This document shows, piece after piece, positions 1 through 9,239 of a stretch of 32,000 nucleotides of DNA (its first letter is position 1; every line of letters begins with the position of its first letter). Below the pieces are notes generated by a model. The model ran no database searches. It was not told the DNA's origin and was given only the letters and a program-made list of their open reading frames with translations. The translations under genes and the position numbers were made by a program. This DNA comes from Candidatus Saccharimonadota bacterium (lineage in GTDB: Bacteria; Patescibacteriota; Patescibacteriia; 2-12-FULL-60-25): assembly GCA_016699205.1 (NCBI GenBank), contig CP064964.1, positions 210,001-242,000 of the forward strand, in the 5' to 3' direction.

Positions 1-893
1 GCGATACGATTGCCGCACTAGATGCGAGCTCGACCGAAATGCTCTTTCTTACAACAGACAATCGATTGATCTCGCGCGTACGTGCGCCTGAATCGGATTT
101 GATTGCGCAAGCGCCGATTCGCTGGAGCTTGAATGGAACATCGCTTTTGATGGGTGGAACAAATGTAGGCGAGGAAGCTTGGTGGACAGCGCCGGATGCT
201 CTTTCACGAGAAAGCGGCGTCCTGCCTCCAGGACAATTCTTCTGGAACGCCAATGAACTCACAGGCTATGACGGAGAACGACAATACACACTCAATCCCC
301 GCTTGCGAACTCTCACGAGCGAACGCTTGCCCGCTTCACAGCTTGGCGCTTTGGATGGATTGACGCTGGAGGTGAATACATCGACCGGATTTTTGAATTT
401 GCGCTCGCGATCGATCTTGCATCAATTATTCCAGCTTCCGCGCGGTGATTGGCAGTTTGCGGATCAACAAGGTGCGTATACGCTTTTGAAAGATGGGAAT
501 CGCTGGTTGGCGGTGCGTATCCGTGTCGATGGAAATCGCGCAGAAGAAGTAACGGGCGATTGGCCGCGCTGGCTCCCCTCCTCGGAAATTCCGACGGCGC
601 TGTTTTTGAATCAGAATGAGATTTGGACTTGGGAACTTGGGAGCGCGCCCGTGCTGATTGCGCGTCAAAGCGAACCGTTTGTACAGGTCGCTTGGCATCC
701 GGATGGACAGACGATTTTTGTCGCAGGCAAGAATGAGTTGTATGCGCTTGAACTTGATGATCGCGGCGGACGACAAAAGACTTCACTTGCCAGCTTCGAC
801 ATGATTTACGACATGACGTATGCGGATGGGTCGATCTTTCTCAATGCGGAGATGGGTGGCGTGAGAGGGATGTATCGCAGAATTGTTGATTAA
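1..893 (+). CDS. hypothetical protein, C-terminal part (gene probably starts left of the window)
   Basis: The frame of the 39..893 ORF has no stop back to nt 3, so the ATG at 39 need not be the start. There are no catalytic motifs. The segment HPDGQTIFVAGKNELYALELDD looks like a beta-propeller/TolB-type blade. Stop is TAA at 891-893. Confidence 0.5.
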   Translation, partial: DTIAALDASSTEMLFLTTDNRLISRVRAPESDLIAQAPIRWSLNGTSLLMGGTNVGEEAWWTAPDALSRESGVLPPGQFFWNANELTGYDGERQYTLNPRLRTLTSERLPASQLGALDGLTLEVNTSTGFLNLRSRSILHQLFQLPRGDWQFADQQGAYTLLKDGNRWLAVRIRVDGNRAEEVTGDWPRWLPSSEIPTALFLNQNEIWTWELGSAPVLIARQSEPFVQVAWHPDGQTIFVAGKNELYALELDDRGGRQKTSLASFDMIYDMTYADGSIFLNAEMGGVRGMYRRIVD

Positions 894-934
894 CCACCTC
901 ACCCTTCATCCCTCTCCTTCGTAAGGAGAGGGAG
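894..934 (+). repeat. hairpin repeat family 1, copy a (CCACCTCACCC-N-TCCCTCTCCT-loop-AGGAGAGGGA)
   Basis: A 9-11 bp perfect stem (909/910-918 pairs with 924-932/933) with a short TCGTA loop. It starts directly after the stop codon at 891-893. The same unit recurs at 1185-1278 and, reverse-complemented, at 13608-13649. Confidence 0.8.
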
Positions 935-941
935 ATATGGA

Positions 942-1172
942 TTAGATTTTTGGAGGACGCGGCTTTGCGATGCGGGCGAGGAAACGATAAAACCCGTTGC
1001 TCGATTGTTTATCGTAGCGGGTCGCGCAGCCTTTGCAGGCTTGCATGATTTCCGGTTTACGAAACTTTTCGCAGCAAACGGGTTTTACGGTTTGGATTCT
1101 TAACAAGACAAGCAAGTTAAAGAACCAGCGATGCGGGCGATCTTTGAAATCGGTGGGGAGATCGTTGTACAT
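942..1172 (-). CDS. small Cys-containing hypothetical protein (76 aa from the first ATG; the ORF track start at 1217 is GTG inside the repeat)
   Basis: ORF 942..1217 with ATG at 1172-1170. It contains CC-x12-C-x2-C (KPVCCEKF...ACKGCATRY). No family recognised. It is bracketed by direct copies of repeat family 1. Confidence 0.3.
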   Translation of the reverse strand: MYNDLPTDFKDRPHRWFFNLLVLLRIQTVKPVCCEKFRKPEIMQACKGCATRYDKQSSNGFYRFLARIAKPRPPKI

Positions 1173-1184
1173 CGCGATATGGTA

Positions 1185-1278
1185 CCACCTCACCTCTCCC
1201 TCGGTCCTACGCTCCACCTCACCCTCGGTCCGGGTAACACCTCACCCTCAATCCCTCTCCTTCGTAAGGAGAGGGAGG
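1185..1278 (+). repeat. hairpin repeat family 1, cluster b (three stacked CCACCTCAC(C) head units, the last with the full hairpin)
   Basis: CACCTCAC heads lie at about 1186, 1216 and 1238. The hairpin is 1252-1276 (TCCCTCTCCT TCGTA AGGAGAGGGA). It lies 8 nt beyond the stop (1285-1287) of the minus-strand SPFH gene. Confidence 0.8.
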
Positions 1279-1284
1279 TTATGA

Positions 1285-2076
1285 TTAACGGACTACGCTG
1301 CCTACGTTGATGAATGGCGTGGCGCCAGAACCCATGACGGATGGGAGTTTGCCGTCCCACTTTTCCAAAGCGCGAAGCTCGAGAATTTGCGGAGATGACT
1401 GAAGGGCGGCGGACTCGATGCGGAGAGCCTCGGCTTTACCGCGAGCTTCTGCGATCTGCTGCTCGGCCTCAAACTTGATCTGCTCAAGCTTGTTCTTGGC
1501 GGCGAGGGCGGATTGTTCTGCGGTTACTTTTAATTCAATGGCGGCGTCAAAGGAGGCGGAGAATTGGAAGTCGACGATGTTGAAGTCATCGATGAGAATG
1601 CCGCGCGGCTGAAGCTTCTCAACGAGATGGGCACGGATGGCGTCGCGGACTTCCTCGCGGCGCGTGATCAATTCTTCTGCGGTGTATTTGGCCGTTGTCG
1701 ACTTAACGGATTCCTGGAGGGCTGGGTCGATCAAGCGAATATTATAGTTGATGCCGATCTCCTGATAGATGTTGGCGACGCGGGCCGGGTCGATGTGGTA
1801 GTTCAAGGCGACCTTGCTCTCGACGGTTTGCAAGTCCTTGGAAGCGGCGGTGGCGATGACCTCTTCTTTCTGGATTTTGACGTCCATGATCTCGATGCGG
1901 TCAGCAAACGGAATGCGGATATAAAGGCCTTCGTTAAGCACTTTTCCGGTCACAGCACCCCAGCGGAGCTGGATACCACGCTCACCGGCGCCGACGGTGC
2001 CGAAGGGCCAGACGAGGATGAATAGAATAGCGGCCAGGATGATCGCGACGATCAGGCCGATGGAGAGGTTTTTCAT
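1285..2076 (-). CDS. SPFH/band-7 (prohibitin/HflC-like) membrane protein
   Basis: 263 aa. It has an N-terminal TM helix (LSIGLIVAIILAAILFILVW), then a typical SPFH core (GERGIQLRWGAV..., LIDDFNIVDFQFS) and an Ala/Glu-rich coiled-coil tail. Confidence 0.9.
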   Translation of the reverse strand: MKNLSIGLIVAIILAAILFILVWPFGTVGAGERGIQLRWGAVTGKVLNEGLYIRIPFADRIEIMDVKIQKEEVIATAASKDLQTVESKVALNYHIDPARVANIYQEIGINYNIRLIDPALQESVKSTTAKYTAEELITRREEVRDAIRAHLVEKLQPRGILIDDFNIVDFQFSASFDAAIELKVTAEQSALAAKNKLEQIKFEAEQQIAEARGKAEALRIESAALQSSPQILELRALEKWDGKLPSVMGSGATPFINVGSVVR

Positions 2077-2119
2077 ATGGAGGGGAGGTTAAACCAAGCC
2101 GAGGGGGAGGGCAAGCGAG

Positions 2120-5100
2120 CTATTCGCCGCTCCAATCCTTACAAAGCATCTCCGCCTGCTCAAGAACGGTCTTGGTTGCGAGCTCCTGCTTGTCAGGCGG
2201 ATACTGATATTTCCTCAAAAGTTTCTTCACCATTACGCGCAACTTCGCCTGTACATTTGCCTTTAGCGTCCAATCGATAGATGTATTTTTACGGAGCATT
2301 TCTACTAGTTCTTGTGCGATCTTTTTGAGCGTATCATCGCCTAGCTCATTTGCCGCGCTCTCATTTTCATAAAGCGCATCATAAAATGCGATCTCTTCCG
2401 GTGAGAGCTTTAGGTCTACCTCTCTCGCCTGTTCTGCTTTAATCTTTTTGGCGAGTTCGACAAGTTCAGTAATGACTTGCGCTGCTTCGATTGTTTGATT
2501 TTGGTATTTACTAATTGTGTCCTCAAGCATCTTGGAGAATGTGCGCGACTTGACCAGGAACTTCTTCTGCATTGAACGAACCTCGTCGTTTAATAATTTC
2601 TTTAAGAGCTCTAATCCCAAATTCTTGTATTTCAAGTTCTTGACCTCCTCCAAAAATTCATCAGAGAGGACCGAGATATTTGGCGTTTTTAAGCCAGCGG
2701 CTTCAAAAACATTAACTACCTGATCGGAGACCACAGCGTTTGAGACGATTTGCCGAATAGCATGGTCGTAATCTTCTTCTGACGGTCCCCCGCCTCCACC
2801 TGCTTGCTCGAACTTCGCCAGAATCACGCGGACTTTTTGGAAAAATCCAACATCATCACGAATATCTATAGACTCTTTGCTGGGCACGGCTAATGAGAAT
2901 GCAAACGATAAATCTGTTACCGCTTTCAGGTAACGATCTTTCCCCTGCTCTAAACCCAAGATGTAATCCATCGCACCGGACAAGATGCGCATCTTCCCCG
3001 TGGATTTATCCTCAAAATACGAGGAGTAGTCGAAACCGTGATACATCGCTTTCACGATCTCGTATTTTTCCATCATCACAGCAACAGCATCCTCCTGTTG
3101 GACCGTCGGATTCTCACGATCGGTTTCAGCGTATTGAGATAAGGCTTCTTTGAGAGCAGGTGCGATTCCAAGATAATCCACTACTAAGCCTCCTTGCTTG
3201 TCCTTGTAAACACGGTTTACGCGCGCAATAGCCTGCATAAGGCCATGACCCTTCATTGGTTTATCAAGATACATTGTATGCATCGAAGGCGCGTCAAAGC
3301 CGGTCAGCCACATATCGCGAACAATGACGAACTTTAGTTCGTCTTTTGGATCCTTCATTCGTTTGGCGAGGCTCTCGCGTTGTTTTTTGGTGTATAGATG
3401 CTTTCGCCAACTTTCCGGGTCGCTTGGCGAGGTCGTCATCACTATCTTTATAGAACCCCTGTCAAGATCATCGCTATGCCAATTCGGTCGGAGTTTAATG
3501 ATTTCCTCGTAAAGCTCAACCGCAATACGACGACTCATCGCAACGAACATCCCCTTACCATCAATCGCTCCTAGACGAGCTTCAAAATGTTCAACAACAT
3601 CTTTCGCAATAAGACTGAGACGCTTCTCTGAGCCTACCATTGCCTCTAAACGCGCCCACTTGCTCTTTAATTCCTCTTTTCTTGAAGTCTCCTCGCCTTC
3701 TGTTATCTCTTCAAACTCAGGATCGATCTTAGGTTTCTCGGCTTCTGAGAGTTGGATCTGAGCTAAACGCGCCTCGTAGTAGATAGGCACCGTCGCATGA
3801 TCCTGAACCGCTCGGTTAATATCGTAAATATCGACGTACTCGCCAAAGACCGCGCGAGTGTTGGCATCGCGGAGTTCAACAGGTGTGCCAGTAAAACCAA
3901 TGAATGATGCATTTGGCAATGCATCGCGCATGTGGCGAGCGAAACCATCGATAAAGTCGTATTGACTGCGATGCGCTTCATCAGCGATAACGACAATGTT
4001 CCGACGATCAGATAGTGGTCCGGCTCCAAAGGGATTCTCAAAGTTGAATTTCTGAATTGTTGTAAATATCACGCCACCCGCAGCAACGCTTAACAGTCGC
4101 TGAAGATCAGATCGGTCTTGCGCCTGGACTGGTGACTGACGTAGCAGCTCGGAGCAATGCGAGAAAACGCCGAACAGTTGATCGTCGAGATCGTTTCTAT
4201 CCGTGAGAATAACGAGGGTTGGGTTATCCAATACCTGAATAATTTTGCCCGCATAGAATGTCATAGTCAGACTCTTGCCTGATCCCTGCGTATGCCAAAC
4301 CACACCGCAACGGCGATCCCCTGTTTCTGACGTTGCGGCCAATGTGCGTTGAACAGATTTGTTTACTGCATGGTATTGATGATAGCCCGCAAGTTTTTTG
4401 ATCGTGTTCTCCCCGTCCGTCTCAAATACCGTAAAGTTGGTGATAATATCCAGCAACCGTTCCTTGGCGAACATTCCTTTCAAGAGCACTTCCATCTCTG
4501 GAATTGAAGTAGGCGCTACATCGTCACCATCGATTGTTCGCCACTTCATGAAACGTTCAAAATCAGCCGTAAGCGAACCGACTCTTGTATCGATGCCGTC
4601 ACTTATGATGCAGAGGCCGTTATAGGTAAAGAATGATGGAATTTCAGCCTTGTATGTTTGGAGCTGATTGAACGCATGGCGGACTGTCGCGTTTTGGTCT
4701 GCTGGATTTTTGAGTTCAAAAACTGCTAACGGGATACCGTTCACAAAGACAACGACGTCTGGTCGTCGGTTGTGATTATTTTCAATTACGGTGAACTGAT
4801 TTACCGCTAACCAATCATTGTTGGTCAGATCTTCTAAGTCGAAGAGCTTGACCTTATCACCGGCAACCGAACCGTCGTCACGGCGATACTCAACATCAAC
4901 GCCTTCAACCAACATTTTATGTAAAGCGTGGTTGGTCGTTAAAAGACTTGGGCTTGAATAGGCTACGTTGATGACTTTCTTGATCGCTTCCTCTCGAGCG
5001 TCTTGAGGGACACGGGAATTGATTTTAGCGACCACCGAGCGGAGTCGTCCGATCAATAGCACATCCTTATGCGAAAGACGTTCAGGCGCTTCGCCATCGG

Positions 5101-5197
5101 GAGCGATACTTGGACCGAAAACGACACTATAACCAAGCTCCTCGAGCCATTCGAGTGTTGCAATTTCGAGGTCTGATTCGGTGAATTTGGAGGGCAT
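2120..5197 (-). CDS. hsdR: type I restriction enzyme R subunit (helicase/endonuclease)
   Basis: 1025 aa. The N-terminus ([19 protein letters not shown]) is typical of HsdR. SF2 helicase motifs are present: TQGSGKS (Walker A), DEAHRSQ (motif II) and FTGTP. It has a long helical C-terminal domain. Start ATG is at 5197-5195, 2 nt after the upstream stop. Confidence 0.95.
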   Translation of the reverse strand: MPSKFTESDLEIATLEWLEELGYSVVFGPSIAPDGEAPERLSHKDVLLIGRLRSVVAKINSRVPQDAREEAIKKVINVAYSSPSLLTTNHALHKMLVEGVDVEYRRDDGSVAGDKVKLFDLEDLTNNDWLAVNQFTVIENNHNRRPDVVVFVNGIPLAVFELKNPADQNATVRHAFNQLQTYKAEIPSFFTYNGLCIISDGIDTRVGSLTADFERFMKWRTIDGDDVAPTSIPEMEVLLKGMFAKERLLDIITNFTVFETDGENTIKKLAGYHQYHAVNKSVQRTLAATSETGDRRCGVVWHTQGSGKSLTMTFYAGKIIQVLDNPTLVILTDRNDLDDQLFGVFSHCSELLRQSPVQAQDRSDLQRLLSVAAGGVIFTTIQKFNFENPFGAGPLSDRRNIVVIADEAHRSQYDFIDGFARHMRDALPNASFIGFTGTPVELRDANTRAVFGEYVDIYDINRAVQDHATVPIYYEARLAQIQLSEAEKPKIDPEFEEITEGEETSRKEELKSKWARLEAMVGSEKRLSLIAKDVVEHFEARLGAIDGKGMFVAMSRRIAVELYEEIIKLRPNWHSDDLDRGSIKIVMTTSPSDPESWRKHLYTKKQRESLAKRMKDPKDELKFVIVRDMWLTGFDAPSMHTMYLDKPMKGHGLMQAIARVNRVYKDKQGGLVVDYLGIAPALKEALSQYAETDRENPTVQQEDAVAVMMEKYEIVKAMYHGFDYSSYFEDKSTGKMRILSGAMDYILGLEQGKDRYLKAVTDLSFAFSLAVPSKESIDIRDDVGFFQKVRVILAKFEQAGGGGGPSEEDYDHAIRQIVSNAVVSDQVVNVFEAAGLKTPNISVLSDEFLEEVKNLKYKNLGLELLKKLLNDEVRSMQKKFLVKSRTFSKMLEDTISKYQNQTIEAAQVITELVELAKKIKAEQAREVDLKLSPEEIAFYDALYENESAANELGDDTLKKIAQELVEMLRKNTSIDWTLKANVQAKLRVMVKKLLRKYQYPPDKQELATKTVLEQAEMLCKDWSGE

Positions 5198-5199
5198 GT

Positions 5200-6624
5200 T
5201 TATGGATTGAGTATAATGCCGATCATCGCTTCGATCGAAGTTCGTAATTCTTGAGGCGAGAAATTAGACTGCTGCATAGACTTGTTTTCGGGATGATGAA
5301 TCTTGTTCCGAATAAATATCTGGAGTGGAACATCCTTCTCTCCTAAAGCCTGTCCGCCCCTTTCTTGGTTCCACTTTTTGGTATTTGTTTGTTGTTTCGT
5401 ATTCAAATAAGCAATCATGTCTGACTCTAGGTATTTTTGCTGCATTTCTTGTATATGTCCATAGAGCTCGTCATGAAATTCAACTGTAGCCAAATTGAAA
5501 GCTAGATAGTTTATTTCATTTGATGAGAAATATGGCAGTGTCGCAGTTGATATTGGCACGAGCTGCGGCGTCCCGCTGTTTTTACGGAGGATTTGTACGA
5601 CTACACTTTTATTGGTCATCAACTGCTTAACAAGTAACGGTGAGTGAGTTGCTAGAACAACTTGTGCGACTTTTGAGAACGCTAATAATATCTCGATAAA
5701 CTTTTCCTGTAGTGAAGGGTGCAGGTGTAATTCAGGTTCATCGATTAGACAGATTAATTGTTTCCCGCTCTGTTGCGAGAGGTAAAAAGCGATAAGAAAT
5801 GAGAAGATCATCTCATATCCAGATCCCAACATACTAAGCGGTACCTGCTGATTATTTGGTTTTTTCACCGCAAGGAACCCTTTGCTAAATGGACGCCAAT
5901 TATCAATTAAGTTCAAGCTGAGCTCATCTCCGCTTATTTCTTTGAATTTAGTGATTGCTTGTTTCAAGAATGCATTCTCTGCCGCGTCCCTAGTTGCGTC
6001 CAGGTGCTCGTGAACATTTGGGACGGAGTTCTCGTCACCAATGTGTTGAAAATCAAAATCCTCCATCAAACGATCAAATCTCGTCGGATTATAAGCTCCT
6101 AATCTCGTTTGAGAGGTACGACCCTTGTCCAAAATAAGCACATCATTTTCATCAAAGCGCCGGCCCTTAAAAGGGTTATTGACGCTCACCCTTAGATCAG
6201 GGCTTCCATCCTTCGGCTTGGCTGGATCAACTTTAATATATTGCTGATCGCTGACTACAATTGATGATAGGTATGCCTTAGTGGCCTTGGAGCGTACGTT
6301 CGCCTTAAATAAAAATCCATTTGCATTAAACTCGCCTTTTGGCATCGTGCCTGTGACTGAAAATTGCTCCCTTGATAGGAGCTTGATCTCAGCTTCTTTG
6401 GTAGGGTCATTAAAATCCTGAACGTCAAAGCTATCTGCTTTATAAGAAACTATCGGAAGCGCAATAGCTTCTAGTAAAGCCGATTTGCCACACCCATTCT
6501 CCCCGACGAAGACAGTTAATCCGCTACCATCATTCTGACCATCGGGTGCGTTCAGCTCAATCTGAAAATCGGTTTGAGCTGAAAATAATCGAAAATTTTT
6601 TATTTTTACAGTCTTGATGAACAT
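5200..6624 (-). CDS. ABC/SMC-type (OLD/RecF-like) ATPase with a C-terminal RNxxxH (HEPN-like) region
   Basis: 474 aa. ATPase motifs: Walker A GENGCGKS, signature-like LGSGYEM, Walker [16 protein letters not shown]-loop ATHSP. There is no Toprim DxD. The C-terminal ~110 aa contain [11 protein letters not shown]. The gene lies between hsdS and hsdR. Confidence 0.85.
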   Translation of the reverse strand: MFIKTVKIKNFRLFSAQTDFQIELNAPDGQNDGSGLTVFVGENGCGKSALLEAIALPIVSYKADSFDVQDFNDPTKEAEIKLLSREQFSVTGTMPKGEFNANGFLFKANVRSKATKAYLSSIVVSDQQYIKVDPAKPKDGSPDLRVSVNNPFKGRRFDENDVLILDKGRTSQTRLGAYNPTRFDRLMEDFDFQHIGDENSVPNVHEHLDATRDAAENAFLKQAITKFKEISGDELSLNLIDNWRPFSKGFLAVKKPNNQQVPLSMLGSGYEMIFSFLIAFYLSQQSGKQLICLIDEPELHLHPSLQEKFIEILLAFSKVAQVVLATHSPLLVKQLMTNKSVVVQILRKNSGTPQLVPISTATLPYFSSNEINYLAFNLATVEFHDELYGHIQEMQQKYLESDMIAYLNTKQQTNTKKWNQERGGQALGEKDVPLQIFIRNKIHHPENKSMQQSNFSPQELRTSIEAMIGIILNP

Positions 6625-6655
6625 AATGCGATATTTACGGCTCTAGAGCTTCGGG

Positions 6656-7102
6656 TCAGCCCTGCTTGCTCAGCTTATTCACAATCTTTTGGTTGAGCGC
6701 TACTTTCTTTTTCGTCTGCTTATCACTCAATACTCTCTTTCTCTGGATATCAAAATAGAAGTCTCGTTCCCATTGATTGATCCATGATTTATTATACGCG
6801 AATTCAATCGTTTCTTTGTTAAACGATTTATCAATATCCTTTTTTACCTTGGCAATAGATCTAAAAATCTTGTCTGATTTATCGATAAACTTCTTTACAC
6901 AGCAATTACCTACTCGAGCTACGCTACTCGTCTTAATATTTCTTATGAGGCAGATCTCGATGATCGGAAAATGGCCGCACATGCAGGTTTCCGGTTCATC
7001 AGCACGAACAACATTATCAAGGTCCCACTCCTGTTGAGCTTCAGCCCACTTCTGTGACTGACTCAATTTTAGCAACTCGGTGATAAGTCTATATTCAGAC
7101 AT
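6656..7102 (-). CDS. small Cys-cluster (putative zinc-ribbon) protein of unknown function
   Basis: 148 aa. It has C-x-C-G-H ... G-N-C-C (TCMCGHFPIIEICLIRN...VGNCCVKKF) and a Lys-rich C-terminus. ATG is at 7102-7100, 6 nt after the hsdS stop. Very AT-rich. Confidence 0.7.
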   Translation of the reverse strand: MSEYRLITELLKLSQSQKWAEAQQEWDLDNVVRADEPETCMCGHFPIIEICLIRNIKTSSVARVGNCCVKKFIDKSDKIFRSIAKVKKDIDKSFNKETIEFAYNKSWINQWERDFYFDIQRKRVLSDKQTKKKVALNQKIVNKLSKQG

Positions 7103-7108
7103 ATCAAA

Positions 7109-8326
7109 TCAAATCGCCCTTATTCTCCCGCTCATTAAACGCGGTAAAAGAGAATCGCGGATGGCCGACACCGTAGACATCTCCTGCTCATTACAAGATA
7201 TCGCTTGTCTGATACCTGAACACACTCCACTGAACTTCTCCAAGACATGAGCATTCGGAACAATGACCTCAACGCCATACGCCTGGTCTCGGTTCAATCC
7301 CGGAACAACTGAATCCCCGTTCACAAAAGATTGCTGTTTCAAAAGATAGTAGCAGTAAACAAGTGGAAATCTTGATTCCACATAATACGTAGTGTCAATT
7401 GGGTAAAAGTCTCCGTCCACCCAGAAAACACTACCTACATTCCCCTTTCTGCCAAGAACTATGCCGGGTCCATCAACAAGCTTCATGTTATGCGTGCCCA
7501 CATAGCCGCTGGATCCGTAAACTTTTATTACTCCCTCTGAGCGATCTTCGGCCTTAAGTGCCTTTCCATAATGTAATTTTAATACATTGCCAAGACTCTC
7601 GATTTTCCACCCTTCTGGCACCTCCCCTATCTCCGTCTCCACCATCTTCCCTCCACTCGATTTATAAGACCTCCCCTCCTCATCCGGAAACTCAAAATCT
7701 ACAAACCAACGCTTGAACAACGTACTTGCCATCTTTTCAAGGTTGGTGTTGATCTGTCGGTTGAGTTCGATTTTGTCGTCGAGAGAGGAGAGAATGGAGG
7801 CAATGCGGTGCTGTTCTGACGCTGTTGGCAAGGGAAGTAGAATCGTTTTGACTTTTTCTCGCGACAATTCCGTCTGGCCCGTGCTTCCCTCAGCGAACGA
7901 TTCGATCAGGGGCTGTATATTGCGGAGAAAATATCCGACAAAGACTGGATCAATCTCGCGATGATCCGGTCTTACAATTGTTAAGTGAGAATCAGCTGTT
8001 GTTTTTTGAAGTAGCTGTTTCACCTGACCAACTCTTCCCAGAGTGCCCTGACCAGTCGAATTGATAAGCACGTCGAATGGCTCCAGGTACTTATTCGATG
8101 GAATTTTTTGGGCTACTGGATCGGTGAGGCGCGCTTCTTCAAATCCCACTCTCCCATCTCTCACGCATTTTTGATTTAAGACGACGACGTCACTTTTTTC
8201 CGTATAACTCGGAGTCACACCCCTCGAAATAAAGCTTGTTACTTTCTCCAAATTCACAACCTCCCATTCTTCCGGAATGAGTCCGATCTCGGTTTCTTTA
8301 AAGTTTTGGGTATCCAAAATTTTCAT
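7109..8326 (-). CDS. hsdS: type I restriction-modification specificity subunit
   Basis: Two target-recognition domains are separated by the conserved central helix (ILSSLDDKIELNRQINTNLEKMASTLFKRWFVDFEFP), followed by the C-terminal conserved helix (IRDSLLPRLMSGRIR). I prefer the ATG at 8326 (MKILDTQNFKETEIGLIPEEWEV). The track start at 8377 is a TTG that overlaps the upstream gene. Confidence 0.9.
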   Translation of the reverse strand: MKILDTQNFKETEIGLIPEEWEVVNLEKVTSFISRGVTPSYTEKSDVVVLNQKCVRDGRVGFEEARLTDPVAQKIPSNKYLEPFDVLINSTGQGTLGRVGQVKQLLQKTTADSHLTIVRPDHREIDPVFVGYFLRNIQPLIESFAEGSTGQTELSREKVKTILLPLPTASEQHRIASILSSLDDKIELNRQINTNLEKMASTLFKRWFVDFEFPDEEGRSYKSSGGKMVETEIGEVPEGWKIESLGNVLKLHYGKALKAEDRSEGVIKVYGSSGYVGTHNMKLVDGPGIVLGRKGNVGSVFWVDGDFYPIDTTYYVESRFPLVYCYYLLKQQSFVNGDSVVPGLNRDQAYGVEVIVPNAHVLEKFSGVCSGIRQAISCNEQEMSTVSAIRDSLLPRLMSGRIRAI

Positions 8327-8333
8327 AGGATGC

Positions 8334-9047
8334 TTAGAATCCAATTCGTTGGAAAACGGAGAATACTCTGTAAGCAAGGTATGCGAAAAGTATCTTTACC
8401 ATATGCCATAAATATGGGAACGGATTTCCTGTCTTTAAAGTGATAAAAGTGTTTGGAAGTGTCCACCAAAGATTTATCAGCTTCTGGCTCCTTATTTGGC
8501 CTTTGTCATCGAACAATACCTCGTTGACATCCTTGAAAGTCAAAGTAAAATCGTGCTTGGGCAACGTGAATATGGAGCCGGCTTGTGCGGGCTTACGAGC
8601 CCGAACAAGGTCGTAAACGTGACTGCCAGTTAGACAGACACTAAATTTAATTATCAAATGCTTTCCTTCTTTTGGCTCGAAGAGTATGGGCAAAGACAGC
8701 TTCTTTTCGTTATCTGCAGCGGTAAAAATTTCCGCGCCCATCCCTTCAGCTAAAGTTCTCGTTCTTTTTTTGTTGCCCCAAATTACATAAAAGATCTCTG
8801 TGATCGAGTTTTGCTCGTTACTTTGATTTTTCACGTAGCCGTCAAATGCAATGTCGTAAAAATCTAGACCGTTTCTAGTTTTTACGCTACCAGCGGAGCC
8901 ACGGAAATCGAACTTAAATTTTGAACGCTTTTTTATTTGCTCTTTCAACGTAAATAGTAAAGAAATGAATCCTGCGATTGATCCTGAATCCAAAAGGATT
9001 CGTCCCCAACCATATCCTGCCAGGATATCTAATGTGCTAGACACCAT
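8334..9047 (-). CDS. hypothetical protein with N- and C-terminal hydrophobic segments
   Basis: 237 aa with ATG at 9047-9045. It has an N-terminal hydrophobic stretch (ILLDSGSIAGFISLLFTL), a beta-looking middle, and a C-terminal hydrophobic/aromatic segment (YLWHMVKILFAYLAYRVFSVF). No family recognised. It lies between an hsdS 5' remnant and the intact hsdS. Confidence 0.65.
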   Translation of the reverse strand: MVSSTLDILAGYGWGRILLDSGSIAGFISLLFTLKEQIKKRSKFKFDFRGSAGSVKTRNGLDFYDIAFDGYVKNQSNEQNSITEIFYVIWGNKKRTRTLAEGMGAEIFTAADNEKKLSLPILFEPKEGKHLIIKFSVCLTGSHVYDLVRARKPAQAGSIFTLPKHDFTLTFKDVNEVLFDDKGQIRSQKLINLWWTLPNTFITLKTGNPFPYLWHMVKILFAYLAYRVFSVFQRIGF

Positions 9048-9060
9048 AGAGTTTGATGCG

Positions 9061-9168
9061 CTAATTCAAATCTTTTGCCTGTGCAAATAACTCCAACTTC
9101 AACACTCTCCATTCTTCCGGAATAAGTCCGATATCAGTTTCTTTGAATTTTGTTTTCTGGGTTTTCAT
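9061..9168 (-). pseudogene. hsdS 5' remnant (35 codons plus stop)
   Basis: The minus-strand translation is MKTQKTKFKETDIGLIPEEWRVLKLELFAQAKDLN*. It parallels the intact HsdS N-terminus MKILDTQNFKETEIGLIPEEWEVVNLEKV. By-eye DNA identity is roughly 80% over about 57 nt (9093-9150 versus 8252-8308). Confidence 0.75.
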
Positions 9169-9239
9169 GTAATCTTGCGAGTACTTTCACGTCTTGACCT
9201 GTGGATATTTTCTTGTTATATTCTATTTGTAGTGAGTAA

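Noticed and set aside
6640-6649. A perfect 10-bp palindrome, GCTCTAGAGC, between the Cys-cluster gene and the ATPase start.
   Set aside because: It is short and isolated, with no second half-site or repeat. It could be an operator or a small hairpin, but chance occurrence cannot be excluded.
8327-8377. TTG-initiated 17-codon extension of hsdS.
   Set aside because: It has a non-ATG start and overlaps the upstream gene. The ATG at 8326 gives the conserved HsdS N-terminus, which also matches the remnant at 9168.
9194-9222. A plus-strand sigma70-like promoter (TTGACC - 17 nt - TATATT) pointing antisense into the 3' end of the NYN gene.
   Set aside because: This is AT-rich intergenic DNA where such matches arise by chance. 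No plausible plus-strand product lies downstream (the 70-aa ORF 9175..9387 looks spurious). It could be an antisense regulator, but the sequence alone does not support that.
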